The position numbers and the translations under genes are program-made. A stretch of DNA of 64,000 nt. Source: Chrysomallon squamiferum. Lineage: Eukaryota; Animalia; Mollusca. Positions 42,122-56,648 of the stretch are shown here, in pieces. The notes under the pieces are model-generated. The model searched no databases. It was not told the origin of the DNA and saw nothing but the letters and a program-made list of their open reading frames with translations. How positions within the stretch are numbered: position 1 is the first letter of the stretch; each line of letters opens with the position of its first letter. The stretch is taken from contig CM022678.1 of the NCBI GenBank assembly GCA_012295275.1, positions 6,572,001-6,636,000 on the forward strand, read 5' to 3'.

Positions 42122-43293
42122 GTATGTATGTTTTTATGTATATGTAATGCATCTATGTGTATATATACATACATGTAAACAGAGAGAGATAGAAAGACAG
42201 AGAGAGAGAGAGAGAGAACAAGAGAGAGAAAGAGAGAGAGAAATAGATAGAGAAATGTAAGAAAGATACAGCACAGAGCTGTACAAAAAAAAAAAAAAAA
42301 TTATTCTCACAAATTTAAACAAATTAAGAAGCAATGGAAAAACTAGATAAAGATACAAAGTAATGAGCAAGACAGAAGGAGACAGAAAGAGAGACAGACA
42401 CACAGACAGACAGACACACAGTCAGAACACTAAAGACATGTATTTATATTTAATCGGACTGTTATGTTTACAAGCAGACTCACACACTGTGACAGATTTT
42501 CATCACAGTCTGTTAGTCAGGCTATAAAAACAGCTGGATGCATGCGAAATGTTAACAAAGCAGAAACCGATTTACATACAGGGCTTGGTGATAACGCTTA
42601 CTCACAGTTTTGAAACAGAACCTCAGTATTTTTGTTTGTTACAGATGAATAAATGTGCTAGCATTCTGTCAAGGTTATAATATCAAATATTTAACAGAAT
42701 ATTTGGCTGTCTAATCTATTAATATTGGTGGTACTGCTGTAGTAGTAGTAGTAGTAATAATAGTACTAGTAACAGCTGTAGTATAGTAGTAATAGTAGTA
42801 ATATAAGTTGAAGTTAGTGTTTTTTTAGTCATTGCAGTATTAGCAGTAATAGAGGTAGTACTAGGAATAATAATAGTAGCAGTAGTGGTAGTTGTTGTAG
42901 TAGTACAGTTGTAGTGGTCATCATAGCCATAGGAGTGGTGGTAGTAGTAGTAGTAGTAGAAATAGTTGTAGTAGTTTTGGAAATAGTAGCTGTGGTATTA
43001 GGAATAATAGCAATATCAATAATAACATTAGTAGTAATAATGGCAAGAATAGTAGTAGTAAATCTAGTATTAGTGCTGTTATCAACAGTAACATTAGTAG
43101 TAATAACAGTAGCAGTGACAGCAGTAGTAGGATTAATATTATTATTAGTAGCAGTAATAGAATTAGAATTAAATTTGGTAATAACAGTAGAATTAGTAAC
43201 AGTAATAACAGTGATATTAAATACTGTAGTAGTGGTACTAATAATAGCAGTGATATACACTGATATATATAAACACACATCATGTATGTATAT

Positions 43294-43338
<45 letters not shown>

Positions 43339-45289
43339 AATATAGATTTATATTATTTATGTTTAACTTGTCACAGGTAGTAAATGTATGTGTATTAAAG
43401 CTTTTTAAGTTTTGACAGTCCAGTTTTGAAAGGTCAGTGAACTGTACACACGAAACTTGTACCCACCTTGGAATCGCTGGTCCACCCCCACATGGGTGCG
43501 GTCAGCCCGTACATCCCTGCGGCACAGAGAAAGACCAAGCCCACCACAAATGCTGACAGTTTAAACTGAAAGAAAGAAACACTATTACAACAACGATGCA
43601 ACAACCGCAGCAACAGTAGCAACAACTACAACATCATCAACAGCAGTACTAACTACAAGAGAAATAGCAGCAGCAGTAGCAACAACTACGTCCTCATCAG
43701 CAGCAGAAACACTAGCAACAACTACAGCATCAGCAACAATAGAAAGAATTACAACATCAGTTGCAGCAATAACAATAGCAACAACTACAGCAGCATTAGC
43801 AGCAGCACTAACAATAGCAGCAGCAGCAGCAGCAGCAATAACAACAACAACAACATCAGCAGCAGCAGCGGCACCAACTGTAGCAACAACTACAATAGCA
43901 GCAGCAGCAGAACAACACCACCAAGAGTAATAGCAACAACAATGTATTATGGCATGTACCATAATGCTATTTACTAATTGTAATAAGAATTTTTTCTGTT
44001 AACATTATTCTAACCTGTTATATTATTTTTAGTAGTGTTAGTATAAAAACATAATAATTTAAAAAAAAAATAAAACATTGCACTGAAGATGTATCTGGTG
44101 TAGTACCCATCAGATACTTATATATTGATACAATGTGGATACGATTACTTAATCTGTCAACATTTCATTTCTGTACAGAATGATTTCAAGATGAAAATGT
44201 CATAATCCATGATCCTCAAAACTGGTTATTTAGTTGGTCGTACTTTATTATTGATAAAGATTGGCTGCTAGCAACAAATAAAACTATTACTAGTAGGAAT
44301 ACAAAATATTTACTTTATTATTAATAATGAATAAGTGCTAGTATTAAATAAAATTATTGCATGTAAGAATATGAAATGCGTACTTCATTATTAATAAAGA
44401 ATTGCTGCTAGTAACAAATAAAATTATTTGTAATATGAAATATTTACTTTATTGTTAATAAAGAATATCTGCTGGTGAAAAATAAAGTTATTACAAAATA
44501 TTTACTTTATTGTTAGTAAAGAATTGGTGCTGGTATTATTTCTAGTAATATGAAATATTTACTTTATTATTAACAAAGAATGGTTGCTGGTAACAACACA
44601 TAAAAACATTAACTGGAAAGAATATGAAATATATTTTATGCTATACACATTTCATACTGATAAAAAAACAAACAAAAAAAAAAAAAAAACATTGAACAAT
44701 GAAATATTTATACAAGAACAAAATTAAATCATTAATCATTAAAAAAACCAACCAAAAAACCCCCAAAACGTTAATGACTGGACTTTATAATATTACTACT
44801 ACTACTACTAATACTTACTGGAGCAAGGTGATCAGCTAAGGTTGGATCGAGGAAACCGAGGGAGAAAGATCCACAGAATATACAGAAAGTTGTCACACAG
44901 ACCAGGGGACTTTTACACAGAGTCAGGATGGATCCTTGGTACGATTTCATCCCCTCTAGAAATAAAAAATAAAAATAGAAAATAAAATAAAAAAAGAAGA
45001 AGAAGAAGACAAAAAATGAATGAACGTGATATTTATACTTGTTTTGTGGTCGAAATGTGGCTTGACTGATAGAATTACAGTTGGATGTTGCTGCAGTGAA
45101 GAAATAAAGCCAGAGGAATGAATAAAGATAGTAATATATATATATATATATATAAATAAATGGCTGATTTTATAGTGAGATTGATAGAATGATGGTTGGA
45201 AGGATGGATGGATGGATGGATGGATGGATTGATGGATAGCTGGATAGACAGAGGGAAAATGAGACATACAGTCAAAGAAAGAAAGACAA

Positions 45290-45324
<35 letters not shown>

Positions 45325-45882
45325 TACACACACACACGATAGATAGATAATTGATAGATAGATAGTAGATGGATAGATAGTAGATAGACAGATAGATAGA
45401 TAGATAGATAAACAGATAGACAGATATAAATTTAATAAATAGAGAGACAAATATGCAGGTATACAAATATAGAAAAATAAACCGGTATTTCCTCTATGGT
45501 TTATATATAGATGGTTAGCAGTAAGACAAGAGTTATATGTGACTTCCCATAGACAGGAAAGTGTGCTTACCAACATGTGTGGGCATCAGGTAACATGACA
45601 GAGCTGCACACAGTAACAGAACAGTCCCCAGCACCCAGAAAGGCAAACCAAACCCTCCCAGCTGTAACAGAGTGTTAATACAACATCAGTCATTACTAAA
45701 ATAGCAAATACATACATACATACACACATACACACACACACATACATAAATAAATATACATTCAACATTAAACACATATACATACACATACAAATATAAA
45801 CAAAGTCGTCAGAGACATAAACAGAAAAAGAGAGAGACAGAAAGTCAGCGATGGAGAGAAATATCTCTCTCTCTCACAAATA

Positions 45883-45934
<52 letters not shown>

Positions 45935-46140
45935 AATACACACACCAATACCTACCTCATACAAGGCACCACCTATGGGAGGACCAATCATTAATCCTAA
46001 GCCACTAAATGTTTCTAGAGTTCCCTGAAACAAAAGTGAAATGATAATAATATAGTGACACTAGTGTTTCTGAGAAACAGATACTGTAATTAGAAAGAAA
46101 GCTTGAAAAATTGTGTGTGTTTGTTATTTGTGTCTGTGTC

Positions 46141-46210
<70 letters not shown>

Positions 46211-47148
46211 TGTGTGTGTGTGTGTGTGTGTGAGGCAGAGAGAAAGTGTGAGGCAGAAAGGGTGAGAGAATTAGAAAGTTTGAAATAGACAGAGAGACAA
46301 AAAGAAAGAAAGAGAGAGCATGTGTGCCTGCATTTATATATGTATAAGTACAAAAATCACATATTTTGTGAAATAACACAAACTATTTCCAAATACAACT
46401 CTCAATTATTCTAAATAAAATCATGTGAATGAGGTCAAGATTAAAATGTTAAAAAAAATGTATAAAGCTTACAAGGAATAAACCACCATATCAGTGTATT
46501 CATACAAAACCCAAATTCAAATTTAACTTAACAGTCTACAAAATAAGCAACTTGGAGAACATTCTGTTGTATAAAACTTCCATTAGGCCTGAAATTCACC
46601 AAAAAATTTAACAACTGCTCTTAAAAACACAGCTACTGTCATGAAAAAAACGTGACACATTTCGGAACTGCAAAAGAGATCTGTGAATCTTGTGAAATGA
46701 AAAAAAATCTTGACCAGACGCAAAAGTTTTCGCTGAGCTGCAACTTACAAAAACCGTGGCAACATGGTCGGGGAAGGTGTTGGCGATGAGGGCAAAGCTG
46801 GAGGTGAGAATGCGGAACAGCCGAGTGCCTCGACACTTCGACAGAGAAAACACATCACAACGAAAACAGTCCCAGGCGGACTCTGGTCCAACAGACTGAA
46901 ATAAAAACAGTAATAATAATAATAGTAATAATAATAATAGTAATAATAGTAATAATAATAATAATAATAGTAATAATAATAATAATAGTAATAATAGTAA
47001 TAATAATAGTAATAATAGTAATAGTAATAATAGTAATAATAATAATAATAGTAATAATAGTAATAATAGTAATAATAATAATAATAGAATAATAATAGTA
47101 GTAATAATAAATTATCATAATTATAATTATAATAACAGCAAAAATAAC

Positions 47149-47193
<45 letters not shown>

Positions 47194-47655
47194 TAGTAGT
47201 AATAATAATAAAATAATAATAATAATAATAAATAATAGTAAATAATAAATTATTAATTATAATTATAATAACAGGAAAATAACAATAACAATAAATAATA
47301 ACAATAATAGTAATAACACTAATAATAATAGAAAATAATAGTAATAATAGTAATAATAATAATGATAAATAATAATAATAACAAAATAGTAACAGTAACA
47401 CTAACATGAACAGTAACAATAACAATGATCTCAAAACAATAATAATAATGATGAATGACAATGATGATGATGATGATGATAAGAAAGAAAGAAAAAGAAA
47501 GAAAAGAAACAAAAGAAACTTAAAAACTAAAAAACAAATTAAAAAATTAAAAATATTAAATAGCAAAAATATAACATGTTATTAGAGTGGACAAAAGATT
47601 TCAGAAAACTAAAAACCACATTGATAAATAAACAAACAAAAAATATAACATTAGC

Positions 47656-47688
<33 letters not shown>

Positions 47689-48090
47689 GTTTCTCACCCA
47701 AAAAGAATTGCACAGACTCCACAAACACAGACACCAGAGATAAACATAAACTTAGGCCCAATGGAAACAAGCTAAAAAAAACAAAAACAAACAAACAATG
47801 AAGACACCATTTTTCAAATATATATATATTTATGTATGAATATATGTATGTATGTATGTATATATGTATGTATGTATGTATGTTTTGTGTGTTTTTGTAA
47901 TGGAGGGGTGGATTCTGAATGTGAGAATATGTATGTGTTTGTGGGTATTTCATCTTTCATGTGTGTGTGTGTGTGTGTGTGTGTGTTTGTGTGAACCATA
48001 TTTCTACCTTAATGCACAGTATAATTTTATTTTATTTTTGTTTATATATTAATTTTTAAAACATATATCTATTACAAGACTGTAGATTAT

Positions 48091-48141
<51 letters not shown>

Positions 48142-48790
48142 TATAGTAAATATATATTTATATCTGCATATGTGGTGTGTGTAAATGAAAGTGTGGTTAT
48201 ATGATTGATATTTGAATGTACATACATTTATATACATTCATTTGGTAATAAACAATATAATTCACACATATTAAAACATATAACTTTAAATAAGCTTGAA
48301 GAGCAATGATACTACTTCAAAGATAACAACACATTTTAAAAATATATATATACATATATTCTTTGTACTATATCATCAACCTTTACTAACAATAAAGTAT
48401 GGCACAATTATTTGCAAAATTATGGCTTAAATTCTTCCAGAAATATATTCACTTTCAACAAAGATAAACATTTATTAGAAAATGTAATATAATATGTGAT
48501 TGTTTTACTTACAAATGTTCCAAATAGTGGTGATGTTAAAAAGATGACAAACTCAAAAGTACTGAATATTAAACCTATTGTTGTCTTAGACACACCTTTC
48601 TTTTCAGCCTGACAAATAAAAAATATTGTAACTAGATAGGTAAGTACATACATGCATACATTTACAGATAAATAGAAAGATAAATAGAAAGGTTTGTAGG
48701 AGGGTAGATACATAGAAAGAAAGAAAGAAAGAAAGATAGGTAGGTAAGTAGGTAGGCAGACAGATAAACATACAAATAGGAAGGTTTCTG

Positions 48791-48855
<65 letters not shown>

Positions 48856-49781
48856 GAAAAACAAACAGATAATTCATTAGGTAGATCTATAAAAATAATG
48901 GATGTCAGTAAGCTTGTAGATATGTAGGCATGTAGGCAGACATGCCAACTGCAATAGAAACAGACACAAATACGTAGCAATGTCAACAAACAGAGGTACC
49001 ACTTTTTTTTTTCAAAAACACAAAATGTGCTATGTGCAGTTGAAAGTGATATTCTAAATTTGAAGGTATTATTACAAAAATAATTTTTTTTAATAAAATA
49101 TTTTAAACTGATTTAAATGATTAAATCATAAAAATCAGATATTAGATAAATAGAAAAAATAAATCAATTAAAAAGTCTGTTTATAAATATAATAACTGAT
49201 TTTGTTTTTTTTAATACCTGAAATATAAATAATTTAATTCTGATTTTTGACAGTCAAATAATAATAATAGTAATAATAGTAATAATAATAATAATAACAG
49301 TAAAATAATAATAATAATAATAATAATAATTATAATAATAATAGTATTAATAATAATAATAGTAAAATAGTAATAATAATAATAATAATAATAAATAATA
49401 ATAACAATAATAATATTAGTAATAATAATAATAATTAAATAAATCAAAATTTTGAAAAAAGAAAGAATATATTTAGAAAATTACTTCATATTAACAGAAG
49501 TAACATATAACAAAGAAACAACATTAAAAAAAAACACTCTTATTTACCTCGTGTGGAAAAAAAGGTGCTAGCAAAGAAAAACAAACACAGGCACAAAAAT
49601 TCACAAAAGCCAAAGATAAAAACATCAGCTTCTTTTTCCTTGTCAGCAATCTAAAGGAGAAACCAGGCTTTGCAATTTCCACCTTTTTCCCATTCTGACT
49701 TGGTTCCGTACTGGACAGCAGTGGAGTGGTCTCCCTTTGTTCAGTGTTGGTGGCGCTGTCTTTATTGACAGGATTTATCAT
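38181..49781 (-). CDS. SLC18B1: MFS-type transporter SLC18B1-like (vesicular polyamine transporter family), 13 coding exons, about 493 aa after repairing one 1-bp deletion in exon 4
   Basis: All exons have AG/GT ends and consistent phases except the one-base-short exon 4. Motifs recognised from SLC18B1: [102 protein letters not shown]. Confidence 0.93.
38765..39082 (-). repeat. 32-bp minisatellite, 10 units, whose first unit is the exon 12 donor
   Basis: aaaaactca(c/t)agccaatgaaataaaaggtaac repeated; ctca(c/t)agcc at 38785, 38817, 38849, 38881, 38913, 38944, 38976, 39008, 39040 and 39072. Confidence 0.95.
39077..39170 (-). CDS. SLC18B1: SLC18B1-like coding exon 12
   Basis: tag|TFAGPTVGG...[16 protein letters not shown]|gtgagt. 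Confidence 0.9.
39372..39556. repeat. Intronic palindrome (fold-back) in SLC18B1 intron 11
   Basis: tattttctgttctcattctctgtgtgtctctata is the reverse complement (with small gaps) of tatagagacacatacagagaatgtgaacagaaacaaata; the inner microsatellite blocks are also arranged as inverted copies. Confidence 0.75.
39873..39947 (-). CDS. SLC18B1: SLC18B1-like coding exon 11
   Basis: cag|[25 protein letters not shown]|gtaagt. Confidence 0.9.
40920..41015 (-). CDS. SLC18B1: SLC18B1-like coding exon 10
   Basis: cag|[13 protein letters not shown]...[11 protein letters not shown]|gtaggt. Confidence 0.88.
41510..41835. repeat. 70-bp minisatellite in SLC18B1 intron 9
   Basis: gttattacttgtaagaatatgaaa at 41561, 41631 and 41701. 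Confidence 0.9.
41855..41949 (-). CDS. SLC18B1: SLC18B1-like coding exon 9
   Basis: cag|[10 protein letters not shown]...[12 protein letters not shown]|gtaagt. Confidence 0.88.
43467..43565 (-). CDS. SLC18B1: SLC18B1-like coding exon 8
   Basis: cag|[13 protein letters not shown]...[10 protein letters not shown]|gtgggt. Confidence 0.9.
44240..44635. repeat. Degenerate array of the same ~70-bp family in SLC18B1 intron 7
   Basis: gaaatatttactttattattaataaagaatt..tgctagtaacaaataaa repeated about 6 times. Confidence 0.8.
44819..44955 (-). CDS. SLC18B1: SLC18B1-like coding exon 7
   Basis: tag|...[15 protein letters not shown]|gtaagt. Confidence 0.9.
45571..45661 (-). CDS. SLC18B1: SLC18B1-like coding exon 6
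   Basis: cag|[12 protein letters not shown]...MPTHV|gtaagc. Confidence 0.88.
45956..46024 (-). CDS. SLC18B1: SLC18B1-like coding exon 5
   Basis: cag|[23 protein letters not shown]|gtaggt. Confidence 0.92.
46749..46895 (-). CDS. SLC18B1: SLC18B1-like coding exon 4 (1-bp deletion near 46808)
   Basis: [29 protein letters not shown] then a frame change to [20 protein letters not shown]|gtaagt. Confidence 0.88.
47698..47771 (-). CDS. SLC18B1: SLC18B1-like coding exon 3
   Basis: tag|[13 protein letters not shown]...ILFG|gtgaga. Confidence 0.88.
48513..48608 (-). CDS. SLC18B1: SLC18B1-like coding exon 2
   Basis: cag|[16 protein letters not shown]...LFGTF|gtaagt. Confidence 0.9.
49548..49781 (-). 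CDS. SLC18B1: SLC18B1-like coding exon 1
   Basis: MINP...LAPFFPHE|gtaaat; upstream acceptor at 49839-49840 implies a 5' UTR intron. Confidence 0.85.
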
Positions 49782-50800
49782 GATGTAGATTTATTTGTGG
49801 TAATAGGTTTAAATTCTTCAAATCATAGTTGCACTTATCTGAAAAAAAAAATTTTTAAAAATTAAAATGAAATTGTTGGGTATGGTTAAGGGCAGTCCTG
49901 TATGTAAATTGTGTGTGTGTGTGTGTGTGCATATTCATATATGCTTCTATGTGTGTGTGTGTGTGTTTTTCATTAATATAATTATTTTTGTCACGAATAT
50001 TGTAAACAAAATTAAAATTTGTGGGATAGTGCTTTGTACATTTAGTTTTGTTTTGAATGTAGATTTGTTTTCACTTTTAAATTTAATTTTGGGGCAAAGA
50101 TAAAAAAAAAAAATAATAATAATAATACAAATTTAATCAAATTTATTTTGGGTAAACATTTTTTTTTTTTTTATTTGTTATTTCTATCATCACATGGTTT
50201 ATATATTTCCATATATCAGTCTATTCATTTATCAATCTGTGTAGACATAATCTAATTATTTATCTTCATATACACATGGTTAACAAATACAAATAATGAA
50301 TGAAAACCTGTTTCTACCAAAACAGATAACATTTTTCTCTCTTCTTTTAAAATTTTATTTTATTTTATTATTTTTTTTTTCATTTTATTATCTTTTATTA
50401 TTAATTAGTCACAAAGGACCTAATTTCAGCATCTTCCTAAAGACAGGAAGGCACATACCAACCATCTTTGATAAAGCAATCATTGAAACATGTTATCACA
50501 TTAAAATATTCTGTGTGTGCGACAAGGAGGACTGATCCTACAGCCCATCAGACCAAAGACTGCATATTAATGACTAAGCTGCATCTGTGGCCTAAATGTT
50601 GTTAGAAGTCTCTAAAATAATTTTGTAATTACAATACAATAAAAATAACTACAGTGACAACAATAATAATAGTCTACTGAAAAGAGCTGAGACTAAGATT
50701 TATGAAAATATGTGCATGGGAAGATACAAACCAAAGATGTTATGTTTTAAAATATGAAATAGGAGTTGAGCAAAATTAGATACATTTAATAATAATAATG

Positions 50801-50874
<74 letters not shown>

Positions 50875-51022
50875 ATAATAATAAATTATTTTCAAAAATA
50901 AACAAATAAATAAATAAAAAAGACCATAACAGTTGTGTATAGAATTTAAGAATTATAAATGGAAAGAATAATTACTTTATAATTTTTAAATTAATTTTTG
51001 CCTTTTGTTTTGCAGAAAATAA

Positions 51023-51064
<42 letters not shown>

Positions 51065-53365
51065 CAAGTAAATAAATAATATATATATATATATGAAATT
51101 TTGCATATGGCATGTCAAATTTATATTTTGATTTTCAGAAATACCTGAGATGCATCAGGTTGGATCGTGTGGGGAAATTCAACATTTATAATTTTAAGTC
51201 TAACAATGTCTGTTAACATAAAATTCTATGCACATACAACACAAAAATCTACCGGCATGCTTATAAACACCTACGTCGAGTATAAACAGTTTATCGTGTG
51301 TTGATGTCTGCATGCAAATATTTAATAGTTACCAGGAATTATTTATTTAAGCATAATTCACGAAGCATCGCTCGAACTATTTGGAAAACAACAAATATAA
51401 AGAGTTATCTACCTTGTCAATGGACGGTGTTCTGTTTATATCTCAGATCATTATGGTAATTTATTATTTTCAGGCCTGGATAATAATACATTAAATGCAA
51501 TAAAGCTGATCAAAACTTATGAATCAATAAATAATATGAATTTGCTAACCAATGCTCTACGTAATAAGTCCCTAATGTAACGATGACGTTTGAGTTGTAA
51601 TTTCCTCCATCGTAGAGCAACACATTATTACAAATAATAAATTCGATATTAAATTTATTTGTGTTTGTTTGTATGTTTGTGTGTTTGTAATTAACGATCA
51701 CAGCAGCGGATTGTTCCTCGGTATGTACATGCACACACAAACTTAAATATAGCTTGACGTAGTAAAAAAAAATATATACATATTTTTCTTTTTAATATCA
51801 TCATCATCATCATCACTATTCTTTATTATCATCATCACCTCGGGATTTAAAATCTACCCATTATCTTAGCCAAAAGCCGCACCCCAAATTTCAAATAATG
51901 TTATCATAATGCAAAAATATTTTAAAATTACGAAATGTGCTGGGGAAAAAAAAATAAAAATAAAAATAAAAATTAAAAATAACGAAAAACATTTTGTCAA
52001 CCAAAATACTAGGACTTTACCACAAAGGATTCTAAAAACAGACAAGAAAATCGCCACATTCGAAATATTTGAAAACCCCACCTACATGGTTTTAAAGCCT
52101 GCAGGCAGTAAGGCAATACCGAACTGAAACAATGGAACTTTTTGGCCTGCTGAAACAAACATTTAATCAAGTTGGCCTTCTTTTTAAGGAAAGGGACTGC
52201 AATCTTGCACACGGACGCTGTGGAAAATAGTTCTGCTGATTACATCTGCTAACCGTTATACAGTCAGCTCTCCGCACGTAAGGGTCTGATGTTGAAAAAT
52301 TGTTTCTGAACAGTTTCAGTCTTACGGCTTATTTCTGTAAATCGATCCCCACTTAGATACATGATGTGTGTATGTGTGTGCGTGTGTGTGTGTGTGTGTG
52401 CGCGTGTATGTGCGTGTGTATGTGAGTGTTGTTTTTAATTTTTATTTTTTTATTTTTATTTTTTAAATTTTCTTATCTCCGCAAAATATTCGTGATTTCG
52501 CGGAACTCCTGTTTAGAAATTCATGATATTCATGATATTCTGCACCTGGACATTGGTCAAACTGACCACTGTCTAGTAAGGAGTTATTTACATTGCTAAC
52601 ATACGAGAAGATAAATATACTGTTAAATGAAGTTACCAAAATACCTCTGTAGTTTAACCAGTCTAATATACAACCCCATTTTGAGTATGTATGCATATAT
52701 GAATGTATATATGTATAGGTATATGTATATATGTGTTCAGGCTACACTTTTCATATATGTTAAAAATATAATAATAATAATAAATAATAATAATAATGAT
52801 GATGATGATGATGATAATAATAACCTATGAGCACGTGGGTGTCAGTATTTAGAATATAAATAAATTATTTATTTAAATATATCTCAGTATGTGTTAATTT
52901 TATGATGGAATGTACAATTATAGTTCCAGTGATTTCTTTAAAAAAAAAACAATAATAATAAAAAAAAAAAACTAATAATAATAATAATAAGAAGAAGAAG
53001 AATAAGAATAGTAATAATAATAAATAAATAAATAAATAAAATATATACCTGGATAATCATCTTCTTTCTTACATCATTTAAGAATGACTACTGACTTATA
53101 TATTCAGTGAGATATAATGCAATTATTAACCTTCGTTGTGCAATAACCAGTTGTAAGAAAAATCCCTGTATGACTGAGTATACGCGATTTCTGTTACAGC
53201 AATCCACTACTGTGTTATTTATCTATTTATTTATCTATTTATTTATTTATTTATTTGTTCGTTCGTTTGTTTGTTTCATTAATTTTGTGTGCGAGAGAAA
53301 AAAAAAAAAAGAAGAAGAAAAAAGAGATTAACAGAGATGGAGAAAACGATTTATGAAGCTAATTT

Positions 53366-53426
<61 letters not shown>

Positions 53427-53982
53427 CTATGAATAACAATATAGGCATTTATGTTTGTATATACAGTCTTTTTTGTATGCATACCACATTTCGTATTTGT
53501 CTAAAAGTGTATATTGTTGTTGTTACTGCCATCACCACAACATCAGCACCACCACCACCACCACTACTACTATTACTAGAACAACAACAACTACTACTAT
53601 TATTATTACAACTGCTACTGCTGTTACCGTTGCCACTACTATTAGTACTCTTGCTATTACTAGAACTGCTACTACTACTATTACTGTTACTGTTACTATT
53701 ATTATTGTTGTTGTTGATGTTGTTGTTGGTGCTGCTGCTGCTGCTGCTGTTACAATATCGAGAAATAAACGGTTTGTTAATTACAATTTCGTTTTGTACC
53801 TTTTATTAATTAATTTATTTATTTAAATTATTCTTTCATATTAAAAATAAATAAATAAATAAATAAATAGAACATGTTTTATAATATCATTTCATATTAA
53901 GCCTTTGTCCAGAAGAACAGAAAATTCTGAAATTCAGGTCACCCCCAATCCCAAGCTTGTCACGTATATTGTCAGGTACTTA

Positions 53983-54022
<40 letters not shown>

Positions 54023-54336
54023 ATTAGTATTATTATTCTCAGTCGGGCTATGGGTCATCCATTGTTATAAACAAACACTGTTTATAAGGTTGTCGTGTTC
54101 TTTTTATTCTTATTTAAAATCTGCTGTCAAGTTCAAACCTAGCTTTATTATTATTCAAACAGTATTGTGTTACATTATTAAATTGTCTTTTGTGTTCAGG
54201 AAAATAGGATCTATCTGTGCTATCGATTAAAGATATACCTATAGCCGGCTTGCGTGGTCCCGTTATCAGTTAAAAAACAATAAAGTTGTTTTCTTATTCT
54301 ATTTCTTCTTCTTCTTCTTCTTCTTCTTCTTCTTCT

Positions 54337-54368
<32 letters not shown>

Positions 54369-54556
54369 CATTGCTTCGGTATTTATTTAAATTTATTCCT
54401 TTTTTCAGTTGTAAGCCATTTTTTCTTTTTTCTCTCTCTCTATTTCTCTCTGTCTATCTCTCTATTTTTCTTTCTCTTTCTTAGTTTTTCATTTTCATCA
54501 TTTTTTCTCTCTCATTGTTTTCTTTCTCTATCTCTGTTACTTCATCGTTCTTTCTG

Positions 54557-54625
<69 letters not shown>

Positions 54626-55590
54626 GTTGTTGCTGTGTTTATTTGTTACTGTTTGTGTGTGTATGTGTGTTATTGTATTTGCTTGTTTGTTTGTTTGGTT
54701 GTATGTATTTATTTGTGTGGTGGTGCTATTGTATTAATTTCTTTCTTGTTGCGTAATTAAATATATTTTAAACCTTATTTGCTTCCGTTATCATTATCAT
54801 CTTTACCATCATTATCATTGTTATATTTATCTGCTTATTTAAATAAATTATCAATCCAATTTGATTATTTACGTATTTACTTCCATACATGTTTAAAATA
54901 AACAAGCAAATTAATTAATTAATTAATTAATTAATTAATTAATTAATTAATTAATAAGTCACTAATTAGTTCATTCATTCATTCATTCATCAGCTTCATT
55001 TATTTAATTATTTTATTTCTTTAGTTATTTATTTAATACCTTAACAACTGAAAGAAAAAAAAGAAAAGAAAAGAAAAGAAAAAAAAAAAAGCATATCACC
55101 GGTTTTAACGCGCTCGAGCGCAACTCCGACTTCCTGTCAACCAATGGTAACTATGGACGCTGTCGGGCTATGTTGACAAACGACAATGGGGAAAAGAGAC
55201 CTGCATTAAATATCGTTACCGACAGCGAAAACGGTTTAAACAACCACGCACATAAAAAGGCATACAGACGAGAGAAAATATAATACCGTTACAGAGAGAG
55301 ATAAATCAAAACGATAAGAGGGAAATAAAAAAAGAAATTAAAAAAAAAAAATTAAAAACTGTGAAAGAGTGATATATACGACCATTCAAAACTAATGTAA
55401 GTACTGTGTTATTTACTTATTTGCGTTTTAAATTGTGTATTTTTTTTTTTTTTATATATTTTTTATTATTATTATTGTGTGTTAGATTATTTAATTACGT
55501 TCTAGTATATCAAGTATTTTTTTTAAACAGGTATGTTTGGTCTTGTTGTTATTATTGTTATCACCATCATCATCATCATCACCATCATCA

Positions 55591-55651
<61 letters not shown>

Positions 55652-55686
55652 TATTATTATTATTTGTTTATTATTATTATTATTAT

Positions 55687-55764
<78 letters not shown>

Positions 55765-56022
55765 TACTAATTAATAAGCATACTAAAACAGAATATAAAG
55801 TTGACGATAGATAGATAGATAGGTAGGTAGATGGGTAGGTAGGTAGGTAGATAGATAGACAGATAAATACATACATACATATATAGATATAGACAAGCAT
55901 TTGAATCTCTGGTTCTTAATAAGGTACTGTTGTTTCATGTGGATATGTATGTATATTTCAAGTTTCATATGTATTTATTAATATTTTTCAATTTGTTATA
56001 AAAACAACAACAACAATAATAC

Positions 56023-56082
<60 letters not shown>

Positions 56083-56599
56083 GTAATAATAATAATAATA
56101 ATAACAATAATAACAATAATAATAATAATAAAATCTATTCATCAGAAGTTAAAAGGTAGCGACAAAGAAAAGGCTCTTTCAAGACTGGTTTCTTTGAATG
56201 TATCAAAACTTTAGACAGAAAAACATTAACGCACTCAAACCAGTCTATTGCCACATTACAAGCTATTGTTGCCATTAATCCGCATAACGTACTACTCGGG
56301 CAAATAATTATAATCACATTCTGCAGTATTCCCAATACAAGATCGTGTAGCCATAGTTTACGTCAAACCAAAGCGTCATTCTTAAGCATTCGCTCGCTCG
56401 TTTCTTAAGCATTCGCCGAATGAATAACTACATCTTGCCAAAGACGGGTAGATTAATTAGGGGTGTATTGATTACGGGTGGTGCACGTATTAGTGTCGAC
56501 AATGAGTTGATTTTCAATTTGATAAATGGCGCGGATTAGCGTATAAAGACGTTGGTATTGATTGTGTTCTTGTTGATTGTTCGTTCTTAAAGAAGGCTT

Positions 56600-56648
<49 letters not shown>

